64,000 nucleotides of DNA from an uncultured cyanobacterium (GTDB lineage: Bacteria; Cyanobacteriota; Cyanobacteriia; PCC-9006; JAAUQQ01). Position numbers and translations under genes: made by a program. The stretch spans positions 2,368,001 to 2,432,000 of the forward strand of contig OY970368.1 of the NCBI GenBank assembly GCA_963718615.1, written 5' to 3'. This document shows, piece by piece, positions 46,248 to 55,833 of this stretch. The notes beneath the pieces are model-generated. The model did not search any database, was not told the origin of the DNA, and saw only the letters and a program-made list of their open reading frames with translations. Positions within the stretch are counted from its first letter, which is position 1; each line of letters opens with the position of its first letter.

Positions 46248-48266
46248 ATGGCCGGTTCCCCTTTGGATACTCTGATGGGCAGTCTGATCCAGCCTACCGT
46301 GATCGCCGGAGCCCCGCCGGACAATCCCAATGCCCGCATTGACCCCAATGTCCCCAGTTCGCCCTATGCCGGGGTGGTGAGTTTACGGATTGTTACAGCG
46401 AGTGGGGATACCTATTTGTGCTCGGGGACGGTGGTGAGCGATCGCCACATCCTGACGGCGGCTCACTGTCTCGACATTGATATGGATGGCAAGCTCGATC
46501 CGGGGCTATCCGTGGAGGTAAATTTTAATCAGGACGGAGATTTATCCCAGACGATCGCCGCTGAATCCCTCGCCATCTATCCCGAATACGAAGGTTTTAC
46601 AACCACGCCCAACAACGACTTAGCGATCATCACGCTGAGCGAACCCATCCCCGACGGCGTGCCCATTTACGAAATCTATCGCGAACCGCTCCCAGCCAAC
46701 AGCATTCTGACGTTTGTGGGCTATGGGGTGTCTGGCTCCGGCGAAACCGGCATTGTGGACGATAGCGAAGGGCTAGCGACCAAGCGCGTGGGGCAAAACG
46801 AAACTGAAAATCTGGCCAATGTTCCCAGCTTTTTGCAAGAGTTGGTTCCGCCGGAGTTGGATGAAATTTATCTGTTCGATTTTGATGGACCGGATGATTC
46901 GACCAACCTGTTCAAACTGTTGGATTCCGGTCCTTCTCTCGGCAATGATATCGAAGCGACGCTGGCTCCCGGTGATTCTGGCGGTCCTAGTTTTATTGAA
47001 GTGAATGGGCAACTTCAGATTGCGGGGGTGAATAATTTTGTGTTTGCGCTGCCCAATTTTGAGGGCTTAGATTTGGGCGGATTGGATCTGGGTGATTTCG
47101 GAGGCTTTGGAGACTTTGGAGATTTCGGGGATTTCGGCGACTTTGGAGATTTCGGAGACTTCGGAGACTTCGGTGGATTTGATTTTGGTGGCTTGATCGC
47201 CCAGCCGACCGACAACAACGGAGTGGATTTGGGAGATCTGCCGTTTTCGCTGCCGGAGAACTTTATTCAGCAGGGGGTGTTTGGCACCGGCGCAGGCGGT
47301 GTGCGTTTGTCGGAGCCGGATAAGCTTGCCTGGATTGATAGCTTAATCAGCGGGGCTGTGCCCACACCCACCGCCGGGGGCCGGATCACCGGCACCGTTT
47401 GGGCCGATCTGAATGCTAATGCAACTCGTGATGGGGATGAACCCGGCTTAGCGGGCTGGACGGTGTATTTAGATGCCAACCAGAATGGTCTGCTGGATGC
47501 CGATGAGGCGATCGCCTTCACCAACAGCACGGGGACCTATCAGTTCGAGAACCTCACCGCCGGGGTCTACACCCTCAACCTGTTTGCCGAACCCGATTTT
47601 GTCATCACCTATCCGATTCCCGGTGCCCAAACCCTGCTCAATGTGGACTTTAGCGAGGCGGGAGCCCCTGCGGCGGAGGGGTTTACGGTGAATAATCAGG
47701 GGGGTGCATTGCAGTCAGGGCTGTGGGGGTTGTCGACCCGTCGCGATGCTCAACCGGGCCATTCGGCGGGGGGCAGCTTTTACTTTGGCACGGAAGCCGG
47801 AAACTACAATGTCGGGCAAACGGCGGGCCAGTTAACCTCACCCACAATCGATTTGCGCGGCCTAGAAACAGCGACGCTGTCGTTTAGCTATTTTCTCAAT
47901 GCCGAACCGGGAACCGCGACGGACCAGGCGATCGTCCAGGTGGCGCGGGTGGGCGAGGACTTTACCACGGTTCTCACCAAGGGCAGCGGTGGATTGACGG
48001 TGGATAGTCGGTCACGGGAGGAATGGCGATCGCAAACCCTCAGCCTCACGGCTTATGTCGGGGATTGGATTCAAATTCGCTTTGGATTTGAAACGGTAGA
48101 TGACCAGTTTAATCAGTTTGAAGGCTGGTATCTGGATGATGTGCGCGTCACGGGGATTAATACGGGCAGTGGGCAGCGGGTGACGGTGAATGGTGGGGAG
48201 ATTGGGGGTGAGGGAGTGATGGGAGTGGATTTTGGGGCTGCGTTAGTGGCGGCTGATCCGTTTTAG
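46248..48266 (+). CDS. Trypsin-like (S1) serine protease with SdrD-B-like and adhesin-like C-terminal domains
   Basis: Triad motifs LTAAHC, NDLAII and GDSGGP; GTVWADLN..GEPGLAGWTVYLDANQNG; WIQIRFGF..EGWYLDDV. Confidence 0.9.
   Translation: MAGSPLDTLMGSLIQPTVIAGAPPDNPNARIDPNVPSSPYAGVVSLRIVTASGDTYLCSGTVVSDRHILTAAHCLDIDMDGKLDPGLSVEVNFNQDGDLSQTIAAESLAIYPEYEGFTTTPNNDLAIITLSEPIPDGVPIYEIYREPLPANSILTFVGYGVSGSGETGIVDDSEGLATKRVGQNETENLANVPSFLQELVPPELDEIYLFDFDGPDDSTNLFKLLDSGPSLGNDIEATLAPGDSGGPSFIEVNGQLQIAGVNNFVFALPNFEGLDLGGLDLGDFGGFGDFGDFGDFGDFGDFGDFGDFGGFDFGGLIAQPTDNNGVDLGDLPFSLPENFIQQGVFGTGAGGVRLSEPDKLAWIDSLISGAVPTPTAGGRITGTVWADLNANATRDGDEPGLAGWTVYLDANQNGLLDADEAIAFTNSTGTYQFENLTAGVYTLNLFAEPDFVITYPIPGAQTLLNVDFSEAGAPAAEGFTVNNQGGALQSGLWGLSTRRDAQPGHSAGGSFYFGTEAGNYNVGQTAGQLTSPTIDLRGLETATLSFSYFLNAEPGTATDQAIVQVARVGEDFTTVLTKGSGGLTVDSRSREEWRSQTLSLTAYVGDWIQIRFGFETVDDQFNQFEGWYLDDVRVTGINTGSGQRVTVNGGEIGGEGVMGVDFGAALVAADPF
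47091..47180 (+). repeat. 9-bp coding repeat x10 (GDF/GGF tripeptide)
   Basis: Ten GGN-GAY/GGN-TTY units with varied synonymous codons. Confidence 0.92.
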
Positions 48267-48269
48267 CGA

Positions 48270-49490
48270 TTAAAAAATATCTGCCGGATCGGCTTTGCTC
48301 AACTTCCGCACAGCGACGAGCCCTGAAAACCCACACATGCCCACCGTCAACGCCAAAACCTGAAGCGCGACTCCCAGTTTTAGCGTCACTGGAATTTTTG
48401 TCAGCCAGATGAGCAATTGATAGACCCCGATCGAACTCAATATCCCCGGAACAAATCCCAAAATCGCTAACAGCAAGGCTTCAAATAACACCACCTCTAC
48501 CAAACGCTGTTCCGAATAGCCCATGGCCTTGAGGGTTGCATACTCCGGCAGATGATCGGAAACATCGGTGTAGAGCACCTGATAGACGACGATCACGCCG
48601 ACCACAAACCCCATCACGGCTCCAAATCCTAGGACCTTGCCGCTGGGATCTTGCGATCGCGCATCTTTTTCGAACGCAATTAACTCCTCCCGCGTCATCA
48701 CGTTGATTGAATCCGGCAGCACCTGTTTGAGCGATTGTTGGGTTGCCAAAACATCTGTGTTTGCTTCTAGCTGAAGAATGCCAATGCTAATGTTATTGAG
48801 TCGTTTGCTGCCACTGCGCTGGGCGTAGGTCGAGTCGCTCATGACCACATTTCCCTCATCAAACAGCGTGCTCCCCAAACTAAATAGACCAACCACCTCG
48901 ACGCGGCGATTGCCCATGACCGTTTGGACGGTGCGATCGCGCTCCCAAAGTTCGGCCACCGGCCCCAGCTTCGGTTGAGATAATCGATCAAACAGGATCG
49001 CATTGGGTTCGTTCAGGCGATTCAGTTGGGCATTCACCTCAGCGAGCTTGAATACCGGCTGTTCTGGATTAAAGGCCAAAACCCTGACGCCCACTGGCAA
49101 GACGGCTTTTGTCTCCTGTGAACGGCGTTCTGCCGCACCGGGGAGGAGGCGATCGCTTGATAATAACTCCTCCGGATTCACCCAGTCTGAAGCACTGATG
49201 TAGAGCGGGCTCGCGGCAGCAACGCCCGATACCGCATCGGCTTGGTAAAGATAGGTTTTAGGAAATCCACCCCGTCCGAGAAATCGGGAAAAACTTGACA
49301 TCAAAAACAGCTCTCCCTGAAGCTGTTCGTGGATTTGGGTCACACCATCAAACAAAACCGCCAACAGGCCCAGTTGTGTAAACATGAGGATATTCGCAAA
49401 GCACACCCCGACCAAGGCCACCAAAAGACGAACCTTTTGATGGGAGAGCTGTGCCCAAGCGAGGGGTAATCCCCGTAGCGGAGAAATCAT
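48270..49490 (-). CDS. devC: DevC-type ABC exporter permease
   Basis: PLAWAQL..RLLVALVGVCFANILMFTQLG, VYQVLYTDVSDHLPEYATLKAMGY and ADPADIF. Confidence 0.9.
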   Translation of the reverse strand: MISPLRGLPLAWAQLSHQKVRLLVALVGVCFANILMFTQLGLLAVLFDGVTQIHEQLQGELFLMSSFSRFLGRGGFPKTYLYQADAVSGVAAASPLYISASDWVNPEELLSSDRLLPGAAERRSQETKAVLPVGVRVLAFNPEQPVFKLAEVNAQLNRLNEPNAILFDRLSQPKLGPVAELWERDRTVQTVMGNRRVEVVGLFSLGSTLFDEGNVVMSDSTYAQRSGSKRLNNISIGILQLEANTDVLATQQSLKQVLPDSINVMTREELIAFEKDARSQDPSGKVLGFGAVMGFVVGVIVVYQVLYTDVSDHLPEYATLKAMGYSEQRLVEVVLFEALLLAILGFVPGILSSIGVYQLLIWLTKIPVTLKLGVALQVLALTVGMCGFSGLVAVRKLSKADPADIF

Positions 49491-49497
49491 CACGATC

Positions 49498-50667
49498 CTA
49501 TGGGGGTGAACTGACATCAATCTCCACCCGCACTTGCATATTGGTTAGTCCTGCAACTTTATCGCTATCTGATGGATCAATTCGGATACTCACCTCCACC
49601 ACCCGAGTATTTTCGTCCGTCGTCGGATCATTACCCGAGTCCTGCAATTTTGGACTGCCCACCTGAAGACTAATCCGTTCGACTTGGCCTTGAATTTCAC
49701 CCTGAAATCCACCGTACTCACTGCGCATGCGCGCCCGTTGTCCCGGCTGAATCTGGCCAATTTGGGTTTCGTAAACCTCAGTCAAGACATACATTTGATC
49801 CGTTTTTCCCAGCTCCACAATGCCCTGCTGGGTGTTGACCTGCTCTCCCACCTTGGTATTAATCCGCAAAATTTGCCCCGGTATGGGCACCCGCACCCGC
49901 GTATCCTCTAAGTCTGCGCGCCGCTGCTCAACGACAAGCTTGGCCCGTTCTAGCTCCGCCCGCGCCACCTGCACATCCACCGGACGCACTTCCTGGAGCT
50001 GTACCAAACTGGCTTGGGCTTGGTCGATCTGAGCCCGAAGGGTTTGTTCGGTATTGGCGAGCGCGGCCTGACGCTGGCTGAGGCTGGCCCGTTTGCTGTC
50101 GCGATCGCGACGCGCTTGGTCTAGGGCTTGATGACTAATGGCTCCACTGTCTGCCAGTCGGGCTTGCCGTTGATAGGTGGCCTCTGCTTCCCGCAGATCG
50201 GCGGTAGCGATGGCAATTTCCGCTTCCCGCTCCGCTCGTTCAGTCCGTAATTGGGCTTCGACTCGGGCGATCGCCGCCCGCTGCACCGCCAAATCGGCAA
50301 CTTTGCTTGTCCCAGCCTGGGTTTGTGCCAACCGGGCTTCGTACAGATCAACGGTCTTTTCCGCCTCCGCCAAATCCCGTTGGCGACGTTCAAACCCCTG
50401 TAACACCGCGATGATTTGACCCGCTTCGACGCGATCGCCCTCCTGGACCAAAATCTGATTCACCCGACTATCCGCCGCATTCGGGACCGACAGCTTAATC
50501 ACCCCTCCAACCGGACCCAGCCGCCCCAGCGCCACCACCTGAGGCAACGGTGCAGGGACCACCGCCGTAGGGGTGGGTTGTGGCTGGGATTGGGTACACC
50601 CCACTGGCCCTCCGACCATGCTGAAGCACAGCAAGAGCGAACAGAGACAGCGATCAACTCGAAGCAT
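49498..50667 (-). CDS. devB: DevB-type membrane fusion protein (HlyD family)
   Basis: VVALGRLGP, LVQEGDRVEAGQ, coiled coil, EVYETQI, RVVEV and LTNMQVRV. Confidence 0.88.
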   Translation of the reverse strand: MLRVDRCLCSLLLCFSMVGGPVGCTQSQPQPTPTAVVPAPLPQVVALGRLGPVGGVIKLSVPNAADSRVNQILVQEGDRVEAGQIIAVLQGFERRQRDLAEAEKTVDLYEARLAQTQAGTSKVADLAVQRAAIARVEAQLRTERAEREAEIAIATADLREAEATYQRQARLADSGAISHQALDQARRDRDSKRASLSQRQAALANTEQTLRAQIDQAQASLVQLQEVRPVDVQVARAELERAKLVVEQRRADLEDTRVRVPIPGQILRINTKVGEQVNTQQGIVELGKTDQMYVLTEVYETQIGQIQPGQRARMRSEYGGFQGEIQGQVERISLQVGSPKLQDSGNDPTTDENTRVVEVSIRIDPSDSDKVAGLTNMQVRVEIDVSSPP

Positions 50668-50790
50668 GATTTCGAACCAGGGAGCTGGGGGCAAGCAATC
50701 TTTCAAGCAATCTTTAGAGAAGGAGTCTGGCACAATGGTCTCACGACTTGATTGTGCCTCTCAATGTTTCAATCTTGAAATTCTCCACCC

Positions 50791-51648
50791 ATGACTGCTC
50801 GCCGCTGGCCCCGTTTTGTTCAACCCCTTGTTACCTATGTGCTGCTGGGGGCGATCGCCCTCCTCATGCTCTTGCCGCTGCTGTGGTTAGTGAGCACGTC
50901 GCTCAAGTCGCCCTTGGAAGATATTTTCCAGTTTCCTCCACAGTTTTTGCCCCAGCATCCGACCCTGGAAAACTTTGCCAAGGTTTGGCAGGATTTTGGC
51001 AATAATTTCCCCTTTCTGCGTTATTTCTGGAACAGCAGCCTGATTGCGGGGCTGACGGTGAGCTTAAACCTTCTGTTTTGTTCCCTCGCCGCCTATCCCC
51101 TAGCCCGACTGAAGTTTAAGGGGAGAGAAGTGATTTTTTCGCTGATCGTTGCGACCATCATGATTCCCTTCCAAATCGTGATGATTCCGCTTTATGTTTT
51201 GATGATCAACCTGGGGTTGAAGGGCTCCTATCTGGGACTGATTTTACCGAGTTTAGCATCGGCCTTTGGGATTTTTTTGATGCGACAGGCCTTCTTAGGC
51301 GTCCCCAAGGAGTTGGAAGAAGCGGCTCGGATGGATGGCTGCACGGAACTAGGAATTTGGTGGCATGTGATGCTGCCTGCGGTGCGTCCAGCTCTGGTGA
51401 CCCTGGCAATTTTTACTTTTATTGGCTCCTGGAGCGATTTTCTCTGGCCGCTGATCATGCTCCTCGATGCCCCGCCCCAGCACCAAACGTTACCCATAGG
51501 GGTGGCATTTTTGGCGGGAAGTCGATCGCTGGATTGGCGATTAGTGGCTGCGGGGTCCGTCCTCTCTGTGCTCCCGGCCCTGATCCTTTTCTTGCTTTTG
51601 CAACGCTATGTCGTGCCTACGGAAGCCGGCAGCGGCGTGAAAGGCTAA
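50791..51648 (+). CDS. Carbohydrate ABC transporter permease
   Basis: LAAYPLARL, EAA loop (PKELEEAARMDG) and WSDFLWPL. Confidence 0.93.
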   Translation: MTARRWPRFVQPLVTYVLLGAIALLMLLPLLWLVSTSLKSPLEDIFQFPPQFLPQHPTLENFAKVWQDFGNNFPFLRYFWNSSLIAGLTVSLNLLFCSLAAYPLARLKFKGREVIFSLIVATIMIPFQIVMIPLYVLMINLGLKGSYLGLILPSLASAFGIFLMRQAFLGVPKELEEAARMDGCTELGIWWHVMLPAVRPALVTLAIFTFIGSWSDFLWPLIMLLDAPPQHQTLPIGVAFLAGSRSLDWRLVAAGSVLSVLPALILFLLLQRYVVPTEAGSGVKG

Positions 51649-51734
51649 TACAGGCTCTAGATCGAAAGGTTTAACTTATCTCTCAGTTTCAAAAAACGAT
51701 TCCTCCTTATAGCTCTACTCCCTATCTTTTACCC

Positions 51735-51909
51735 CAAATTCGGGGGGATGAAACAGCGGGTTTCCATCGCCCGTGCCCTGTCCATTTGGCCCGAGGTGTT
51801 GATTCTGGATGAGCCCTTTGGCGCGTTGGATGCTATTACCAAGGAAGAGTTGCAGGAAGAACTGCTTAAAATTTGGAACGAGCAGCGCTGTACTGTCCTG
51901 ATTTTTATC
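51735..51909 (+). pseudogene. Internal fragment of a nitrate/bicarbonate ABC ATPase (NrtD/CmpD-like)
   Basis: [48 protein letters not shown]; lacks Walker A and the H-loop. Confidence 0.85.
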
Positions 51910-52540
51910 AGCAGTCCCTCGATCGCGTCGAACCCATCGGCCCCCGCACCACCATCCCAATCAAATTCTCAACCATCACCTCCCGCCCCATTGGGATAAT
52001 CTCCTCCCCATGCAGCAACTTCTGCGTCATCACATAACTCATCAACGTCCCCATAAACACCCGCGCCGCTGCCTCCGGATGGGCCAGGTCTAGCTCCGGG
52101 TGAGCGCGAAAATATTGCTCCAGCAACCCCAACACCCTTTGGGGCAACGCCCGCACAAACAACTGCGCCAAGGCTGGAAATCGTCCCGACTCCCCAATAA
52201 TCAACCGCAGAAACGCCAAATACTCATCATCCACTGCCAGCAAATCCAGCAGCCGCGTCGCTACCCCCCGCAGCACGATCTCCGGCTCCTCCTCCAACGA
52301 CAACGCCCCAAACACCGCCTGAAACCGTTGTGCCGTCACCTGTTCAACCAGTACCGTGAACAGCCCTTCCTTATCCTGAAAATGTTTGTAGATCGTAATC
52401 TTCGAGACCCCCGCCGCCGCCGCCACCCGGTCCATACTCGTGCCCTCATAGCCCTGGGCCAAAAAAATTGCCAACGCCCCCTGCAAAATTTGTGCCCGCT
52501 TCAGTTGAGCTGCTGTAGAAGTTGCCGATAACAAACCCAT
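51908..52540 (-). CDS. TetR/AcrR family transcriptional regulator
   Basis: [47 protein letters not shown]; [12 protein letters not shown]. Confidence 0.95.
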   Translation of the reverse strand: MGLLSATSTAAQLKRAQILQGALAIFLAQGYEGTSMDRVAAAAGVSKITIYKHFQDKEGLFTVLVEQVTAQRFQAVFGALSLEEEPEIVLRGVATRLLDLLAVDDEYLAFLRLIIGESGRFPALAQLFVRALPQRVLGLLEQYFRAHPELDLAHPEAAARVFMGTLMSYVMTQKLLHGEEIIPMGREVMVENLIGMVVRGPMGSTRSRDC

Positions 52541-52590
52541 CACTGCTTCAGACCTAATTTAGAAGGCTAGGAGATTTAACTCCAATCTAC

Positions 52591-52611
52591 TATACTATAC
52601 CGTATAGTTTA
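52591..52611. promoter_or_regulatory. Putative TetR operator palindrome
   Basis: ACTATAC-C-GTATAGT (52594-52608), a perfect palindrome between the divergent tetR and efflux operon. Confidence 0.7.
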
Positions 52612-52636
52612 TTCGTCGACTGACGAGGGTTCCGCC

Positions 52637-53953
52637 ATGACGCCGCTCGTATCGACCTCGCCCACTACCCAGAGTCCTCCAACGGAGTCCGCACCGCTGC
52701 CCGAAAAACCCGAATCGTCTCAAGCGCCGAAAGCCGCCAAGCGGCGCAAAAAATTGCGGATTCTGATTCCCCTGGGCCTGCTTGCTGTGGGAATTGGCGT
52801 TAGCTTGTATTCCTGGAACGCCCAGCCCGAAGACTCCGCCATCCAGCTCAGCGGCAGAATCGAAGGCTACGAGACCAACCTAGGGGCCAAAGTGGGAGGT
52901 CGGGTCGAAGCCATTACCGTGCGTGAAGGCGATCCCGTCCGCCAGGGCCAAATGATTGCCCAGCTCGACGACGCCGAACTCCTCGCCCAGCTTGCCATGG
53001 CCAAGGCCAAAGTCACCGCCGCCCAACAGCAGGTGACCCAAGCTCAGCTACAAATTGCCGTGGTTAAAAGCCAAACCGAAGAAGCCCAGTTGACGCTTCA
53101 ACAATCCCAGGGAGATACCGCAGGTCGGGTTAGCCAAGCCCAAGCCACCGTGGCCACGGCCCAAGCCCAGCTTGCCCAGGCTGAAGCTCAAGCCCAGCAG
53201 GCGCAGTCGGCATTGGAACTGGCGCGGAGCGATCGCGATCGCTTCTCCAAGCTCATCGCCCAAGGGGCCATTTCCCAACAGCAATTTGACCAAACTCAGA
53301 ATCAGTGGAAAGCCGCCCAGGATACCTTAACCGCCCGCCAAGCCGCAGTTACCGCTGCCCAACAGCAAGTGAGCGCCGCCCAGGGTGCCCTCACCCAAGC
53401 CCAAACCAGCCAAATCAACCCCGGTATTCGCACCGCCCAGGTTAACCGCAGCCAAACCCAGCAGGCCCAAGCGGAGGCCCAGCTCGCCGCTGCCCAAGCC
53501 AACCTCAAACAGGCCCAAGCCGCCCAGGCGGAAATCCAAGCACGGCTCAATCAGCTCGTGATCAAAAGCCCCATTAAGGGGGTCGTCACCAGCCGCACCG
53601 TCGAACCCGGCGAAGTCATCGCCCCAGGGACCACCGTTTTGACCGTGGTGGATTTGAGTCAGGTCTATCTGCGCGGCTACATCCCCGAAGCCCAGGTGGG
53701 TGCAGTTCATATCGGCCAACCGGCCCAAGTATTTTTGGATTCTGCCCCGGCCCAGCCCTTGACCGCCTGGGTCGCAGCGGTGGATAACGAAGCCTCGTTT
53801 ACGCCGGAAAATATTTACTTCCAAGCCGATCGCGTCACCCAGGTGTTTGGGCTCAAGCTCAACCTCGATAACCCCAACTATCTCGCCAAACCCGGTATGC
53901 CCGCCGATGGCAAAATCCTGCCGGACCCCGCCCTTGAGGATCGCCATCCATGA
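52637..53953 (+). CDS. HlyD family secretion protein (YbhG-like)
   Basis: LSGRIEG, VREGDPV, long A/Q coiled coil and ASFTPENIY..KPGMPADG. Confidence 0.92.
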   Translation: MTPLVSTSPTTQSPPTESAPLPEKPESSQAPKAAKRRKKLRILIPLGLLAVGIGVSLYSWNAQPEDSAIQLSGRIEGYETNLGAKVGGRVEAITVREGDPVRQGQMIAQLDDAELLAQLAMAKAKVTAAQQQVTQAQLQIAVVKSQTEEAQLTLQQSQGDTAGRVSQAQATVATAQAQLAQAEAQAQQAQSALELARSDRDRFSKLIAQGAISQQQFDQTQNQWKAAQDTLTARQAAVTAAQQQVSAAQGALTQAQTSQINPGIRTAQVNRSQTQQAQAEAQLAAAQANLKQAQAAQAEIQARLNQLVIKSPIKGVVTSRTVEPGEVIAPGTTVLTVVDLSQVYLRGYIPEAQVGAVHIGQPAQVFLDSAPAQPLTAWVAAVDNEASFTPENIYFQADRVTQVFGLKLNLDNPNYLAKPGMPADGKILPDPALEDRHP

Positions 53954-55833
53954 GCGTGGTGGCGGTGCATCAGCTTTGCAAGCAGTACGGAGCCGTCGCA
54001 GCCTTAAAGGGGATTGAGTTTGAAGTGCAGGCGGGGGAAATTTTTGGCCTGATTGGTCCTGATGGCGCAGGCAAAACCACCACCTTTCAAATCCTGGCCG
54101 GGGTCATGGCTGCGACTTCTGGGAAGGCCCGCGTCCTGGGGACCGAACCCCGCGCGGCTCGGCTGAATCTCGGTTACGTGACCCAACGGTTTTCGCTCTA
54201 CCTGGATTTGAGCGTGGAAGAAAACTTGCGCTACAGTGCTGGATTGCGGCAGGTGCCCGAGGCGGAGTTTGAGGCGCGATCGCAAATCCTGCTTCAACGG
54301 GTCGAGCTGGATCGTTTTCGCGATCGCCTCGCGGGCCAACTCTCTGGCGGCATGAAGCAAAAGCTAGCCCTCTGCTGCGCGCTGATTGCCCAACCCAAAG
54401 TGCTGCTTTTAGATGAACCCACAACGGGAGTTGACCCCGTATCGCGCCGGGAATTTTGGGATCTGCTCGCCGCCGTCGCCAATACCGGCGTCACCATTGT
54501 CGCCGCAACGCCTTACCTCGACGAAGCCGAACGCTGCAACCGGATTGCGCTGATTTACGATGGTGCCATTCAGCAAATCGGCACCCTAGCGGAACTCAGA
54601 GATAGCCTCGGATTGAGCCGCATTGAACTGCGCACGGACTCCGTTGTCGCCGCTGAAGCCGTCCTGAGCCAGAGCGGACCGCCCTTGGTGGATATTCAGA
54701 CCTTTGGCGATCGCCTCGATATTCTCGTTACCGACCCAGAAGCCGGTCAGCAATACATTCGCGATCGGTTGGCTGAGCATCATCTGCCGCTGACGCAACT
54801 CCGTCTCGACGAACCCACCCTGGAAAATGTCTTTGTCAATCGGCTGCGGCAACAGGGGGCGGATCCGGCCTATTTGCCCTTTCCCAGCTATCGTTCCGGT
54901 CAGCCAGCGGGGGTGGCGATCGCTACCCAAAATCTGCAAAAAACTTTTGGGGAATTCCAAGCGGTTAAACCGCTCAATCTCACAGTTCATTATGGCGAAA
55001 TCTACGGTTTGCTCGGGGCCAACGGGGCAGGCAAAACCACAACCATCAAAATGCTCTGCGGCTTGCTTCCCGCCAGTGATGGTACCATGCAACTCGCAGG
55101 AGAAACCAGTCAGCTCAATCGACCTGAGGTGCGATCGCGCATCGGCTACATGAGCCAAAAATTCACCCTCTACGACGACCTGACAATTCTCCAAAACCTG
55201 GACTTTTACTGCGGTGTCTACGGTGTTCCCCGACGACTGCGGCGGGAAAAAATTGACTGGGTGCTCACCACCTGCGGCCTCAGGGGACGGGAAACCACGC
55301 TAACGGGACGTTTACCAGGGGGCTGGAAACAGCGGGTGGCCTTCGGTGCCTCCGTGCTGCACGAACCCGATATCTTGTTTCTCGACGAACCCACCTCTGG
55401 CGTCGATCCCCTGGCGCGACGGCAATTCTGGCGATTGATCCGCGAATTCGCCCGCCAGGGCACCGCCATCCTGGTTACCACCCACTACCTCGAAGAAGCC
55501 GAAAACTGCAACACCATGGCTTTTATGGCCGCAGGCGCAGTCGTCGCCCAGGGGTCCCCCAGCGAAATCAAAGCCAGTCAGCCGGGACAACTGCTCGAAC
55601 TCCTCTGCGACTCTCCCCAACGGGCTTCCGACTTGCTCAAACAACAGCTCGAAGACTGGCGGGTTTCGATTTTTGGCGATCGCCTCCACCTCGTCCTCGA
55701 CAACCCCGACACAGAACTCCCACAACTTCAAGCTTGGTTGTCCAGCCAACAGATTTATCTCCAAAACCTCCGTCCTATCCCCTTCTCCCTCGAAGACGCC
55801 TTCATCGGCATCATCCAACGAGCCACGCTATGA
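53950..55833 (+). CDS. Dual-domain ABC ATPase (YbhF-like)
   Basis: Two Walker A motifs (GPDGAGKT, GANGAGKT), LSGGMKQK / LPGGWKQR and two DEPT motifs. Confidence 0.95.
   Translation: MSVVAVHQLCKQYGAVAALKGIEFEVQAGEIFGLIGPDGAGKTTTFQILAGVMAATSGKARVLGTEPRAARLNLGYVTQRFSLYLDLSVEENLRYSAGLRQVPEAEFEARSQILLQRVELDRFRDRLAGQLSGGMKQKLALCCALIAQPKVLLLDEPTTGVDPVSRREFWDLLAAVANTGVTIVAATPYLDEAERCNRIALIYDGAIQQIGTLAELRDSLGLSRIELRTDSVVAAEAVLSQSGPPLVDIQTFGDRLDILVTDPEAGQQYIRDRLAEHHLPLTQLRLDEPTLENVFVNRLRQQGADPAYLPFPSYRSGQPAGVAIATQNLQKTFGEFQAVKPLNLTVHYGEIYGLLGANGAGKTTTIKMLCGLLPASDGTMQLAGETSQLNRPEVRSRIGYMSQKFTLYDDLTILQNLDFYCGVYGVPRRLRREKIDWVLTTCGLRGRETTLTGRLPGGWKQRVAFGASVLHEPDILFLDEPTSGVDPLARRQFWRLIREFARQGTAILVTTHYLEEAENCNTMAFMAAGAVVAQGSPSEIKASQPGQLLELLCDSPQRASDLLKQQLEDWRVSIFGDRLHLVLDNPDTELPQLQAWLSSQQIYLQNLRPIPFSLEDAFIGIIQRATL

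Noticed and set aside
47015-47218. Antisense ORF with PKS repeats
   Set aside because: It is a shadow of the GDF repeat on the coding strand.
51748-51999. 83-aa ORF as a functional ABC ATPase
   Set aside because: It has only the signature and Walker B segment, and its tail is antisense read-through into tetR.
53327-55818. Long antisense ORFs within the efflux operon, and similar shadow ORFs elsewhere
   Set aside because: They fully overlap well-supported genes on the opposite strand and have no recognisable motifs.
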